Positions 41,373 through 53,100 of a DNA stretch of 64,000 nt are shown in pieces. Numbering within the stretch: position 1 is the stretch's first letter; each line of letters starts with the position of its first letter. Source of the DNA: Adineta vaga (taxonomy: Eukaryota; Animalia; Rotifera); assembly GCA_021613535.1 (NCBI GenBank), contig CP075493.1, positions 14,508,001-14,572,000 of the forward strand, read 5' to 3'. The translations under genes were made by a program, and so were the position numbers. A model generated the notes under the pieces. The model saw only the letters and a program-made list of their open reading frames with translations. It had not been told where the DNA came from and searched no databases.

Positions 41373-42598
41373 TTATTGGATAGATTGCGAATTCACCGAA
41401 TGAGGATTACCCCGCATACGTGCCATTTGTTTTGTTCCCGTTAGTCCAACTCTGTTCGATGGCGCAACATTTGCATCTAATTCAATACGATTCACAAATC
41501 GCAGTTTGTAATGTGTTGATGTACCAATATAAAGTAATGGAATCCATATAGCTGATGATTTAGCAAATATTGATGAGATTGATGTTATGATTGGGGGTGT
41601 TCCATAATCTTCGCCTAGAAATATTGATATTAGTACTGCGACAGAATAGGGTGTCCATGTAATGAAAAATCCACATGTTGTTATTGTAATACCTAGATGG
41701 ATTTATTTCTTAAAGAACAATCAATAATTTTCTTACTTTTAAGAATTCTTCTTTCCATTTCAATTCGTTTTCGACTAAAACTTTGTTGAATTCCTCGTTC
41801 AAGTTTTTCTCTCATACGTCGAAGACCAATCATTGTTGTTGTATTCGTTCCAATAAGAATTATTAATGGAATACAATAAATAAATATAAATATAACAATA
41901 GTAAATGATATATATGATGGACGACGATCATACCAACTTATACAACATGATGTTCGACCGACCTTGAACAAAGGAAAACAATACAATACGAAGTTTTCCG
42001 AGGAAAAAATCTTACTTCCATTGTATATTCATTCCATCCAAATAGAGGCATCATTGTCCATAAAAAACTTATAAATAAAACAATACATGAAGCAATAATT
42101 GATTTTCTAACCTAAATTACTCTCCTTTTTTTGAAAATTTTCTCTAAGTATTCGAATTTCTCTTACAGTAATTGTATTTGCATTTAATGGTCTGATGATA
42201 ATATAACATCGACTTATACTAACTGCACATAGTAAATAAGCACTTGCAGTTCCATATAGAAATCCAATAATTCCATCAATGTAACAACCAATTCGTCTAT
42301 ACAACCATTGACAGTAAATAGATGATGTACCTGTTAATGGTAATAATGTACATGAAGCAAGTAAACCGATTCCTGTAATAAACATAACAAAGATATTTGG
42401 TGGTGAACGAAGTTCTTTATATCGAACAAAACTATAGAGTAATGAACCATTGGAAAGAATTCCAATAAATGATGATAAACATAAATAAATTCCAAATAAA
42501 CGAATAATACTACAATTGATTGGTGCTGATTGACTCCAAAATAAATCATCATCACGATTTAATTCTTTGAAATTGATTATTGATTGATTAAACAACAT
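41373..42598 (-). CDS. Opsin (retinal-binding GPCR; xenopsin-like by inference), 4 exons
   Basis: KELRSPPNIF, GCYIDG, PLFGWNEYTME|VGRTSCCISW, WTPY, and the TM7 Schiff-base lysine in FAKSSAIWIPLLY. Three short GT-AG introns. Confidence 0.93.
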
Positions 42599-43515
42599 AT
42601 TTGTGTACAATCTAAAACCTGACTACGATTATTGTTAATCTTTTTTTGCCAAGAAAATCTTGAAAATGAAAAATTGTCGCAGTATAATCCGATTATATAA
42701 TGAACAGGATGTGAGAGATTTATTTTCACTAAAAATAAAAGTCGTTTTTAGATAATAAAGTATTTAATCAGAAGTGAAGGTTTTAAATGAATTCTTGAAT
42801 AACATAACTTATTTATACTCAAAGCTATTCATAAAAATACAACGAAATAGAATTGAATCTTTTGTAGAGGAAAAAAATCAGGGAGAATTTTTTCCGCATT
42901 ATTATTTTGAAAGAAAATGGAAAACGACGAGATTTTTTTAATTATTAAAGGACTAAGTAGGAAACATTATAAAGAAAAGGAAGACGGTTGGAGATTTTCT
43001 TTTAATACTTATGGTTGATTCAGTTAAATCGCAGTTTCATCGAGAAAAAAACAGTTTCTATCATTTGACAACATACGGAAAATTTTTATGTCTGTTGATT
43101 AAAAGAAATTCTTGAAAATAATTGAAAAACAAAGTGAAGTGGCATTAACTTTAAGCTGATGATCATTATAAACTCAAGTACCTCGATTTCATCTAAAAGA
43201 TTCATAAATTTTGATTTTATCTATCGGTGCATGTTAACAAACAATTTCAAATAAATAATAGTCAACCAAATAATTGAATGTTTAACACTAGATTGATTTG
43301 GGTTAATAATTTCCGATTCGTGATTCTTATCATTCATTCATTCAAGTCTATGACTTTTGAGTGATACGGAAAACATTTCCTATGATCTGTAACGCAAGAT
43401 TTTCGATAGACGACCTGTATTATAGCAAATTTTTCAAAAGAAATTAAGTCATGGTTTGTCAAAGAGGATTAAAAAAGGATTTCCTAACTCATATGAAAAT
43501 AATATTTTCATGCAT

Positions 43516-43810
43516 AAATTTTGAAAATTGGCCGTGCCATAATTACAGATCCACTTCATCAAAAATGCATTTTTTGATCTCGTGACATTGCTAGAAGTAG
43601 TTGCTCAAAAACATATCAGCAGTCCTTTCATTATCTATATTATATTGGATGATCTCTTCGTAAAATTTTATGTATACCCTTACAAACTACACAGTAGTGA
43701 AAATAATTTCAATCGCGGTGACGTCATCCTATAACGATATGTCAGATAGTCGAAAATGTATTTTGCGTAAAGAAGATCTGTGCTTAGGTACAGTCAATTT
43801 TCATAAATTT
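43516..43810. mobile_element. Old degenerate MITE (~60-bp imperfect TIRs)
   Basis: AAATTTTGAAAATTGGCCGTGCCATAATTACAGATC...AAAATGCATTTT pairs with the reverse complement of 43743-43810. Confidence 0.55.
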
Positions 43811-44190
43811 GTAGTTATTCTACGACAATCAGACAAACGGAAATAGGATGTTAGACTGGTAGAAAGAACTCATTTAGTCTCACGTTTACAGACCACTAGT
43901 TGATCATTATCTTTTGTTTCGAAGATGATATAAAGATTTTTATATACACGACTATAGGATGTCTATAATTTTGGCTATTCTTGTATGTCCAATGATTAAT
44001 CAACGACATCTTTCGTGAAACAACTATTTTCATAAAATTTTCCTTATTCGTTCTTGCTTGTCCTTTCTTGTATATAATAGTTCTTTTCTCTCAGAAATTA
44101 GATGATGGTTTTTTTTCATGTTTGAAAGAATGAAAAGAAACATCTTATCAGTTTTAATCAAAGCCCAAAAAAATGTTAAATAAATAAGAG

Positions 44191-45126
44191 ATGAAAATTT
44201 ATGATACAATTTTCTCAGTATTCAAACCGAATAATTCTTCGATGATTTTTAAAATGAGAATTCGTCCTGTTTTAACTATTTTATTGATGTTAATTCTAAT
44301 TTTATTTCTCTGGCAAATGACATTAATTTTGTTAACAGTTAATGATTTAGTACGTGGAATTGATACTCATTCAATTGATCAACAATTAAATGAAACAAAT
44401 CGAAACATTCCTTTTCGAATTCATCAAATGTGGAAAACAACTGATTTATCGTCTTATCCAATTAATAATTCTCATCATATTTGGAAATCTTTTTTTCCAG
44501 AATATCAAATTTATTTATGGACAGATGAACAAATTGAAAAATTAATTTTGAAAAATGAATATAAATATTTATATTCAATTTATAAATCTTTTATTTACTC
44601 AATTCAACGTGCTGATCTAGCAAGATTGATTATTCTTCATTCATTTGGTGGAATCTATGCTGATTTAGATGTTTATCCACATGGAACAAATCTTGAAAGT
44701 CTTATTTCAAAGAATGTATCATTTATAATTGGAAAATCATCATCTGATATTTGTTTAGTTAATCATTTTATGATTAGTGAAAAAAATTCACCTATTCTTT
44801 CATATATTCTTCAAAATATTCCAAAAAAGTCGTTTTTTAAGCAAATTTATGTTCTTCCATATCTGGAAGTATTTTCAACTGGATCAATTTATTTAACAAA
44901 TATCATTCGAAATATTCATGATAAAAGATTAATAATTTTATCAAAAGATGATTTATCACAATATATTTATCATGATGCAGGAAGATCATGGCATTTATTT
45001 GATGGTTATTTAATAAATCAAATTGATGCACATCCACGACGTTTTATCTTCGTTATTCTCATTGTTTTCGTTATTTGTTGTATTAAATTCAAAAAATGTC
45101 TTCGTATATCAAATCAATTACGATAG
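44191..45126 (+). CDS. Glycosyltransferase family 32 (DxD; SUR1/OCH1-like mannosyltransferase), intronless
   Basis: IPFRIHQMWKT, YLWTD, IQRADLARLIILHSFGGIYADLDV, FSTGSIYLT, with N- and C-terminal TM helices. The true start may be one of the downstream Mets. Confidence 0.88.
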   Translation: MKIYDTIFSVFKPNNSSMIFKMRIRPVLTILLMLILILFLWQMTLILLTVNDLVRGIDTHSIDQQLNETNRNIPFRIHQMWKTTDLSSYPINNSHHIWKSFFPEYQIYLWTDEQIEKLILKNEYKYLYSIYKSFIYSIQRADLARLIILHSFGGIYADLDVYPHGTNLESLISKNVSFIIGKSSSDICLVNHFMISEKNSPILSYILQNIPKKSFFKQIYVLPYLEVFSTGSIYLTNIIRNIHDKRLIILSKDDLSQYIYHDAGRSWHLFDGYLINQIDAHPRRFIFVILIVFVICCIKFKKCLRISNQLR

Positions 45127-46329
45127 ATAAATGTCTTGTGAATATACAATACAGTACATGAAATTTTGAATTAAATAGTCTTTTATCTAAATATGACATT
45201 TAATAAACGATAATGAAAGATTTCATTACAGATTGCTAACAAAGTAATTAATTTGAAGAGAATAGAATTCTAATATCAAAGTCAATTGATTTAAAAAATA
45301 ACGATGTTGTTGAATTAAATTTAATTAACATAGGAGATTATAGAGAAAAGAGTCTTAAATCTAAGCTTGATATGATCTTGAGAACAGTCCTAATTAGAAA
45401 AGATTTACTTCGTGATATAATATACGGTTTACATTTCAAAAGCATAGTTTGTATAGATCTCTTCATTTTTAACCTAACTTGTTTTTTTCAATTTGATAGA
45501 ATTTTTCACCTGTGAATAAAAGGAGTATTTAAAATAATGGAAGCTTTTCATTAATGGGTATACGAAAAATCAAACTGATTGAAATTATAAGAAATTCGTT
45601 TGCAAGACACTGCTAAGTTCTGCTATAACTAATATATTATATATGATACATGTGTATTACAGAAGTTTCCTATTTCATTCTTTTAGTCTTATCAAATAGT
45701 TGTAATAGTTTTAAGGCAAACCAACTATAATATAATCGAAGTAGATTAAGATGACTTACATCGCTGAATATTTGTATATACTATGCAAGATATGAACTCT
45801 AAAAATATATTTAATTGAATATAGTTTGTTACTTTTTACTCCACGAGTTAGATCGACAATTTATTCTAAATAAATAAATCGCTTTTCCAAGGCATATATT
45901 CTGTTTCATTTACTAGCTTTCTTATCAACTGTTTTTTTTAACAATTCAGTGTTCATCATATGTCGATTTTCATTTCTATATCTGAAATTATATTGTTTTG
46001 GTATTGCAATTTATTAATTGTCAGATCAAAGGTATGAACAAAGACAATGATATTTTATATTATATCATATATTCATTCTATCTTTTGGATGTAGGTAAGA
46101 GCAAGAGTTTGAGTGAGAATAAAGTTAATATTGCTTTTTCTATTGATATCAAATTAGAAAATAACAAGGAATGTTAACCAGTATGCAAGAAGATAAAAGA
46201 AAAGAAGAATGTCAATTATATAACGCAGATCAATTGAAAATTCTCTTTTATTACGATGAGCAGCTAATGAAAGAGTATCGACAACATTCTTCATAAAGAA
46301 GATACAAAACTTTTATCAAAACAAATCAT

Positions 46330-46408
46330 TTGAGGGTGTGGGTGTAGGCAAGAGTACGAATGTACCGAAAAGATCACCCACACTCTCACCCATCTACACA
46401 CTCCCAAG
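46330..46408. repeat. Mini inverted-repeat element with telomere-like arms
   Basis: TTGAGGGTGTGGGTGTAGG ... CACCCACACTCTCACCCATCTACACACTCCCAAG. Confidence 0.6.
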
Positions 46409-46489
46409 ATTTCCATGAAGCTTTTTTAATTGGTTGAAATGAGTCAACCGATGGAAATATTTTGTCAATGGAAATATGCCAAATTGATT

Positions 46490-47060
46490 AGTAATCAGCG
46501 CATTTCTCAGTAAAATATTGTTCAAAATTGAAAAATAACGTGTGGAATCGATAGTGTTCGTGGATTTTGAGCGGAAAGAAGGTAAGAATGGGACTGATTA
46601 TGGGTGAAATCGGTCCAGAGGCGACTCCGTGCAGGAAAAACTGTATTTTTTTGTGTTTTGGGTGGTTTTGTGCGTGAAGAGAGGTACGTAGGAGATCGAA
46701 CATGGTTGGTATCGATAGAGCTCATCGAGCTCGATCTGGGACCAGTGAGACCGTACTTAGGATCCATTCAGATTTTTCTAAAATTTGGGTGTTTTTCGAT
46801 GTTTTTTCGCAGTTTTTTTAGTTTTCTTAGAGGTAAGGGGCGGTTACTTTCGGAAATATTTTTTTGAGAATCCATAGAGCTCGTCGAGTTCTACTTGGAT
46901 CCAGTATGAACAGAGTTGGAACGCATACTCGTGCGAATCTGGCCTGGCCAAGGTCGAATCCGGAGCTAAGATATCCTACGTACCACGAGAAATTATTAAA
47001 AATAATAAGACCATCAACGTTTTTTCTAGAGAATTCGACAAGAAAGCCTTTGATGAAAAC
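46490..47060. mobile_element. GC-elevated non-autonomous DNA-transposon-like remnant
   Basis: Internal repeated TAGAGCTCxTCGAGxTC...GGAxCCAGT motifs at about 46716 and 46875, and a composition shift. Termini not identified. Confidence 0.35.
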
Positions 47061-47505
47061 TGTTTTGTTTATGGCAAACAATAGATGAAGAATACTGAAA
47101 AGTAAAGATCATATGAAGGCTCGCTAAGTTGTGAAACAATGATCAATTTCAGAGGCGAGTTATATTTGAAAACATATTTCAGTGGTATTACTTAGAACGT
47201 CATTCAAATCAACTACGCCAATGCAAAATGAGAAGCAGCTGCCTTATTCCCACTCCATCGACCTACGCAAAGTACCTATAAATCAAGTACTTGAATACGG
47301 CAATGTAATAGTCACAAACAGAAGTTTCTCGCGTACTTTCTTTCTCTTACATAGGTTTATTTTTAATTGATTTTCTCCATTGACTATATTTGTAACTTAA
47401 TCTCCCAAGTACAGAAGAATATGTAATGATATGAAAACAACAACACATGATACTAGCCAAATCCCAACAGGTGGCGTCTTAACTCCTTTTTTCTCTAACA
47501 TGGAG

Positions 47506-47514
47506 TATAAAAGC
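47506..47514 (+). promoter_or_regulatory. TATA box of the repeat polyprotein gene
   Basis: GTATAAAAG about 60 nt upstream of ATG 47568; AATAAA at 49731 downstream of the stop. Confidence 0.55.
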
Positions 47515-47567
47515 AATCGGAAAATTCAATATTCTCTAATAAACCAACATCGAAAACATCATTCAAT

Positions 47568-49659
47568 ATGCATCTAGCAATTGCGTGCACATTTCTTCTC
47601 GCTACTATTGCTTTCGTCCAAAGCAAACCCATCTTGAATAACGGAAACCGTATCAATACAATTCTTCGTCATGTTGCTTCAAAAAACGTAAAATATCCTT
47701 TAATATTGAAAACAAATTTTACATTATCTTACTTTCAGAACTTGGCAAATCAACTCAGTGGTCGTTCTGCTCGCTCAATTCGCAGTCTTATCCATCAACA
47801 ACGAGAATTTGATGATTTTGCCGACCTTATTATTCAAACTCCACAACTCGCAGTAAATTGACAATTTCAATTGTATTTTGTAAGATTTAATTATATATTT
47901 ATATAGACTGTACTTGCTGAGAATTCTGAACTTGCTCTCAATATTTATGCTATTCTTTCTGAACCACAATTAAACTCAATTGAAGAATCCATTCTTAACC
48001 TCGCCAACAGTGTCTTAAGTGGGCAGCTTGATGTTAATACAGCTGTAACCCAATTCTTGGGAGAACTCCAACAGTTCATTGGCTCAGATTCTCAACTTTT
48101 CGATGCTATCACAAACGCTGCTCTGCAAGCGCTTAATGGTCGTCGTGCTCGTTCAATTCGCAGTGCTATCCGTAAACAACGAAAATTTGATGATCTTGTG
48201 GACCTTATTCTTGAAACTCCACAGCTCGGTGTAAATTGACAATTTGAATTGTATTTCGTAAGATTTATTCATATATTTTGATAGGTTGTATTTGCTGAGA
48301 ATGCTGATCTTCTTAACGATGTTTTGAATGCTCTTTCTGATCCAGAATTGAGCACAGTTGCAGAATCTGCTCTTGACCTCGCAAACAGTGTCTTAAGTGG
48401 GGAGCTTGATGTTAATACAGCTGTAACCCAATTCTTGGGAGAACTCCAACAGTTCATTGGCTCAAATTCTCAACTTTTCGATGCTGTCACAAACGCTGCT
48501 CTACAAGCGCTTAATGGTCGTCGTGCTCGTTCAATTCGCAGTGCTATCCGTAAACAATCAACACATGATACTATTGAGACCGTTATTACTGAGAATCCAC
48601 AACTTGCGGTAAATTGATGAATTCATTTATTTTTCAAAAATTTATTTGTATATTTATATAGCTTGTACTCGCTCAGAATGCTGAACTTATTGAAAAACTT
48701 CTGGAATCTCTTTCTCTTTCACAATTCGAGGTCCTTGACACACTCGGTGTCAGTCTCGCCAACAGTGTAATAAGTGGGGAGCTTGATGTTAATACAGCTG
48801 TAACCCAATTCTTGGGAGAACTCCAACAGTTCATTGGCTCAGATTCGCAACTTTTCGATGCTGTCACAAACGCTGCTCTACAAGCGCTTAATGGTCGTCG
48901 TGCTCGTTCAATTCGCAGTGCTATCCGTAAACAATCAACACATGATACTATTTTCACCGTTATTACTGAGAATCCACAACTTGCGGTAAATTGATGAATT
49001 CATTTATTTTTCAAAAATTTATTTGTATATTTATATAGCTTGTACTCGCTCAGAATGCTGAACTTGTTGAAAAAGTTCTGGAATCTCTTACTATTTCACA
49101 ATTCGACGTACTTGACACACTAGGTGCCAGTCTCGCCAACAGTGTAATAAGTGGGGAGCTTGATGTTAATACAGCTGTAACCCAATTCTTGGGAGAACTC
49201 CAACAGTTCATTGGCTCAAATTCTCAACTTTTCGATGCTATCACAAACGCTGCTCTGCACGCGCTTAATGGTCGTCGTGCTCGTTCAATTCGCAGTGCTA
49301 TCCGTAAACAACGAAAATTTGATGATCTTGTGGACCTTATTCTTGAAACTCCACAGCTCGGTGTAAATTGACAATTTGAATTGTATTTTGTAAGATTTAT
49401 TCATATATTTTGATAGGTTGTATTTGCTGAGAATGCTGATCTTCTTAACGATGTTTTGAATGCTCTTTCTGATCCAGAATTGAGCACAGTTGCAGAATCT
49501 GCTCTTGACCTCGCAAACAGTGTCTTAAGTGGAGAGCTTGATGTTAATACAGCTGTAACCCAATTCTTGGGAGAACTCCAACAGTTCATTGGCTCAAATT
49601 CTCAACTTTTCGGTGCTGTCACCAACGCTGTTCAGCAGGTGTTTGGACGTGTGCAATGA
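47568..49659 (+). CDS. Secreted tandem-repeat polyprotein (590 aa; five ~108-aa acidic amphipathic helical units separated by G-R-R/S-A-R-S-I-R sites), 7 exons
   Basis: Exons 47568-47687, 47739-47852, 47907-48230, 48285-48608, 48662-48985, 49039-49362, 49417-49659, all with phase-0 GT-AG introns. Signal peptide MHLAIACTFLLATIAFVQS; 377-378-bp genomic period. Confidence 0.9.
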
Positions 49660-50287
49660 TTTTGATAATTAGGAGAGATCAAAAAAGAGTGATTGAAATT
49701 ACTTTTTTTTGTGAATTTTAATTGCATGGAAATAAAGTTTATTGCGTCTTATACAATCGTTAATATCCCGCGATGAGATGCATATTCTCCAGGAAATTCT
49801 CTTTGTTTCCAAGCTATAGTGTATATATATCTGTCGATTGAAAACAATTAAAAAGTGGATTCTCATACGTGATAAAGGAACACCAACGCTTTAGAACATC
49901 AAAAAGAGTAACCGTTTTCAACAAAGGTAATATAATACGACTTTTTAACGACTTAGCGACGGAAAAGTATCCAGATTGTATAGAAGATAAATCATCTCGT
50001 CAGAACCATGCAGCCGCTGATAAACGCATTTTGGTTTTGCAGCTACTGACACCCGATGCGAAACTGGTGCCGGAATGTTCAATATCGTGGAATAGGATGA
50101 TTGCTCTGCTGATGATTCTTCTACAATTGAACCAGATGATACCGAAGAAATCTACGTAGTTGGTAATTGGTCTTGATTAAATCAAACTATATGTGAAGTT
50201 GTACAGTTTGCTAATATTCACCAGTTTTCAGCTGTCGAACAAAAATATCGTTTGATCAAAGACAAGATGCACTAAAGAATAATAATA

Positions 50288-51149
50288 TTAGGTTGGCAAG
50301 AAAGTTCTTGCGGTTTTTTTGAAAATTTTTTAAAACATTCCAGAAGTTTCCATACTAAGAGTATATAAAGGGAGTATGAATATCTTTCAAATCATAATAA
50401 AACCATCAATATGGATGCTGATCACGGATTGAAAATGAATCTTTCTCGTAGAAAGATTCGAGCGCTTTTGCTTCATGAATTCCGTCTAGATCACAAAGCA
50501 ACGGAAGCAGCCAACAATATATGCAGCACGACTGGTGAGGATGTACTCTGCTTCCGTACGGCACAACATTGGTTCAATAGTTTTAAGAACGTTGACTTAG
50601 AACTCGACGATTTAACTCACTCTGGTAGACCACTGGAAAGGGATGTGGATCTCTTGAAGCAACTTATCTAACAAGATCCTCGGCTGACTTCACGGTGCTT
50701 AGCAGAGCAGCGTGGGTGCTCTTATTGGTAGAAAAACATTTGGGAGAATTAGGCAAAATATCGAGTTCGGATGCTCCATGAGTTATCACCACATCAGCTT
50801 CAAAGCCTACCTGCGAAAAATTATTAAAACTTAGATGGATTATCGTTTTTCATCCACCTTATTCTTCTGACTTGGCTCCAACAGACTACCATTTGTTTCG
50901 TGCTCTTTCTCATCACTTGCGTGAGAAAACGTTCGACGACGAGAACGATGTGAAAATGGATATTGCCAACTTCTTTGATCAAAAGTTCCAGGATTTCTAC
51001 GAACGTGGAACCCTATCTCTGACAGAACGTTGGCGACAAGTCATAGATAGTGATGATGTTTATATAACTGAAAGCTAATTGTAGTATTTAAATGAAAAAG
51101 TAAAAATAAAATTTTTGATAAAAACGTAAAAACTTTGTTGCCAACCTAA
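50288..51149 (+). mobile_element. Mariner (Tc1/mariner) DNA transposon, internally deleted, defective transposase
   Basis: TA|TTAGGTTGGCAAGAAAGTT ... AACTTTGTTGCCAACCTAA|TA. Has the HTH region (IRALLLHEF...ATEAANNIC...HSGRP), WMLHEL and HPPYSSDLAPTDYHLF; the catalytic core is missing. Confidence 0.95.
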
Positions 51150-51151
51150 TA

Positions 51152-51790
51152 CAACGAAAATACCGATTGGTGAATTGAAAATGAATGTTTTTTAAGTGAA
51201 ACATGTGAAAAGTGAAGATGGGAATGTATAAAACAACTTGCTTCAAATCATTATTGAATTGCATGGACTATAAGTACTTGACAAATTCGAAACCGAATTT
51301 TATTCCAACTTTAACAACTTTTCATTCAAAAGGTCGTGCTATATTTTTATTTGCTGATAATACGCCATATGTATGTCATGTCAGTGAATTTCTCAAATCA
51401 AAGTTTGGAATCACTGTTGAAGGAGATTATTATGGTCATAATAAAATGACCTATGAAAAAAATGGTCATCAACAAAAAGAGCACTTTGGTCGACATGAAA
51501 TATTTACTAGAATTAAAAATCTATTTGAAGTTAGTACTATTATATCTCATCCTGTATATTCAATAGCAGAAAGTCGTAAGCTATGTATTCCTATTGCAAC
51601 AGCTAATGATGTTAATCCATATATTGTTGTTTATGATCCACCCTCGTTATTAAGATCGAGAGAAGGACGACTATGTTTAGATTGTGAATTCATAAAATTA
51701 TATTATAACTGAATTCAGCAGGAACAGCTCGATATATTGTAAATACAAGTTGTTGGCTTTTCCGAATTGAAAATCGTTTTACGTCGTATA
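51152..51790 (+). pseudogene. 5'-truncated, frameshifted paralog of the 17976-18953 gene
   Basis: VKHVKSED-ECIKQLASN...GRAIFLFADNTPYVCH...HEIFTRIKNLFE...EGRLCLDC...AGTARYIVNTSCW, with stops and frameshifts. Confidence 0.85.
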
Positions 51791-52039
51791 GAATCACTTA
51801 TTTTTCATTCTATAAATATGAATAAGCGCTTCTCTTATACACGTATTCTCTTTGAAAAATGTATGACAGACAAATGAACTTTTTTCAACATAGCATTGTC
51901 TATTGTTATTGTATGGACGACAAAGAACAATATTTGGAAAAATCAATAGAATTAAATACAATCATCTATATGATGACCGACTTTTTCTAATTTTTGAAAA
52001 AGATTCCTGCAGGAATAGTTGTGACCGATGTCTTCCCCA

Positions 52040-53100
52040 GTATTGTTATAATCTTCCAGATGAATTCTTACTGAATATTTTCAAAAACTTCATACCTTTA
52101 AAGTTTTGTATTTTCTAGTTGGTATTAATAAAAAACTTGATAATATTGCATGTGATCTAACATGTAATCTATTAATTTAACAATTCCATCAAATGAAAAA
52201 TATGATTCAATATGAAATACAATACTTGATCGATTTTGTTTGAATATATTAACTCGAATTCACCATCATGTCATTGAAGATTAGTATTGCTGTATATCTT
52301 CTCGATGGCTATCTTAATCAATTATATACATGACCCGTAATTACTTCGATGTACTCATCGATCAGAAATCATGCATAATCCATCGATATTATTAAATGAA
52401 ACGGTACGAAGAATACAATATCAGAATTCGTTTAGATGCAGACAACGAAAGAAAAAATTAGTTTATCAATTGAAACTATATTTACTATATTTCAAGACAA
52501 ATTTTATGAAATTGAAATGTTTTTCATCATTTGTCTCTCATACGACAAGTGAATTTCATAGTTTTGTTGTTCCACTTCTTCTCGTCTGGATTTACAAAAT
52601 TCATTGATTGATATGGCTCATCTCGAGAATTCTTTTGTCAAACAACCACCATATTTACATACGTTTACCGTTGATATTGTTACTGAATTGCTCATAACGG
52701 ATGAAGAAGTTGACTTCTCTTTTGACGAAATCAAACTTACATTTATTCAACGAAGATATCATGTTGATGGAGATATTGACAGTAATTATTATATGAATTA
52801 TATGTGGCATTGATATCATATCTATTCAACTCCATTCCTAACGGAATCTATACAACAGATTTCACATAGTTTTCCTAGTAGTATGTTCAAGAATGTTACT
52901 TTTCTGTGGATGCGAGATAATTTTATTTCTTTCGATCATGATTTCTTTGTTAAAATTTGAACTTCGTCGTTTGGTAATTCAAATTCATATCACCAATTAT
53001 TACATTTTCTCGCTAAGCTTCACGTACAATATGAATATACAGTGATGAAACAATAATGGCACGTTTAACAGCTTCTTATCTCTATTTTCCTCTCTTGTAG
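52040..53100 (+). pseudogene. Decayed F-box/LRR gene
   Basis: LPDEFLLNIF, ILDRFCLNIL, YSTPF and FKNVTFLWMRD...FDHDFFVKI occur in shifting frames; same family as 33297-35009. Confidence 0.65.

Noticed and set aside
46488-47088. Cluster of overlapping short ORFs
   Set aside because: They are explained by locally higher GC in a repeat-like island; no recognisable protein.
47462-47478. CTCF-like motif CCAACAGGTGGCGT upstream of the polyprotein TATA (similar at about 4883-4901)
   Set aside because: A short imperfect match that could equally be an E-box; not supportable without binding data.
47907-49620. Constant/variable alternation resembling a CRISPR or cassette array
   Set aside because: The period is 377-378 bp, made of in-frame exons and spliceosomal introns. 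There are no short repeats with unique spacers and no cas genes.
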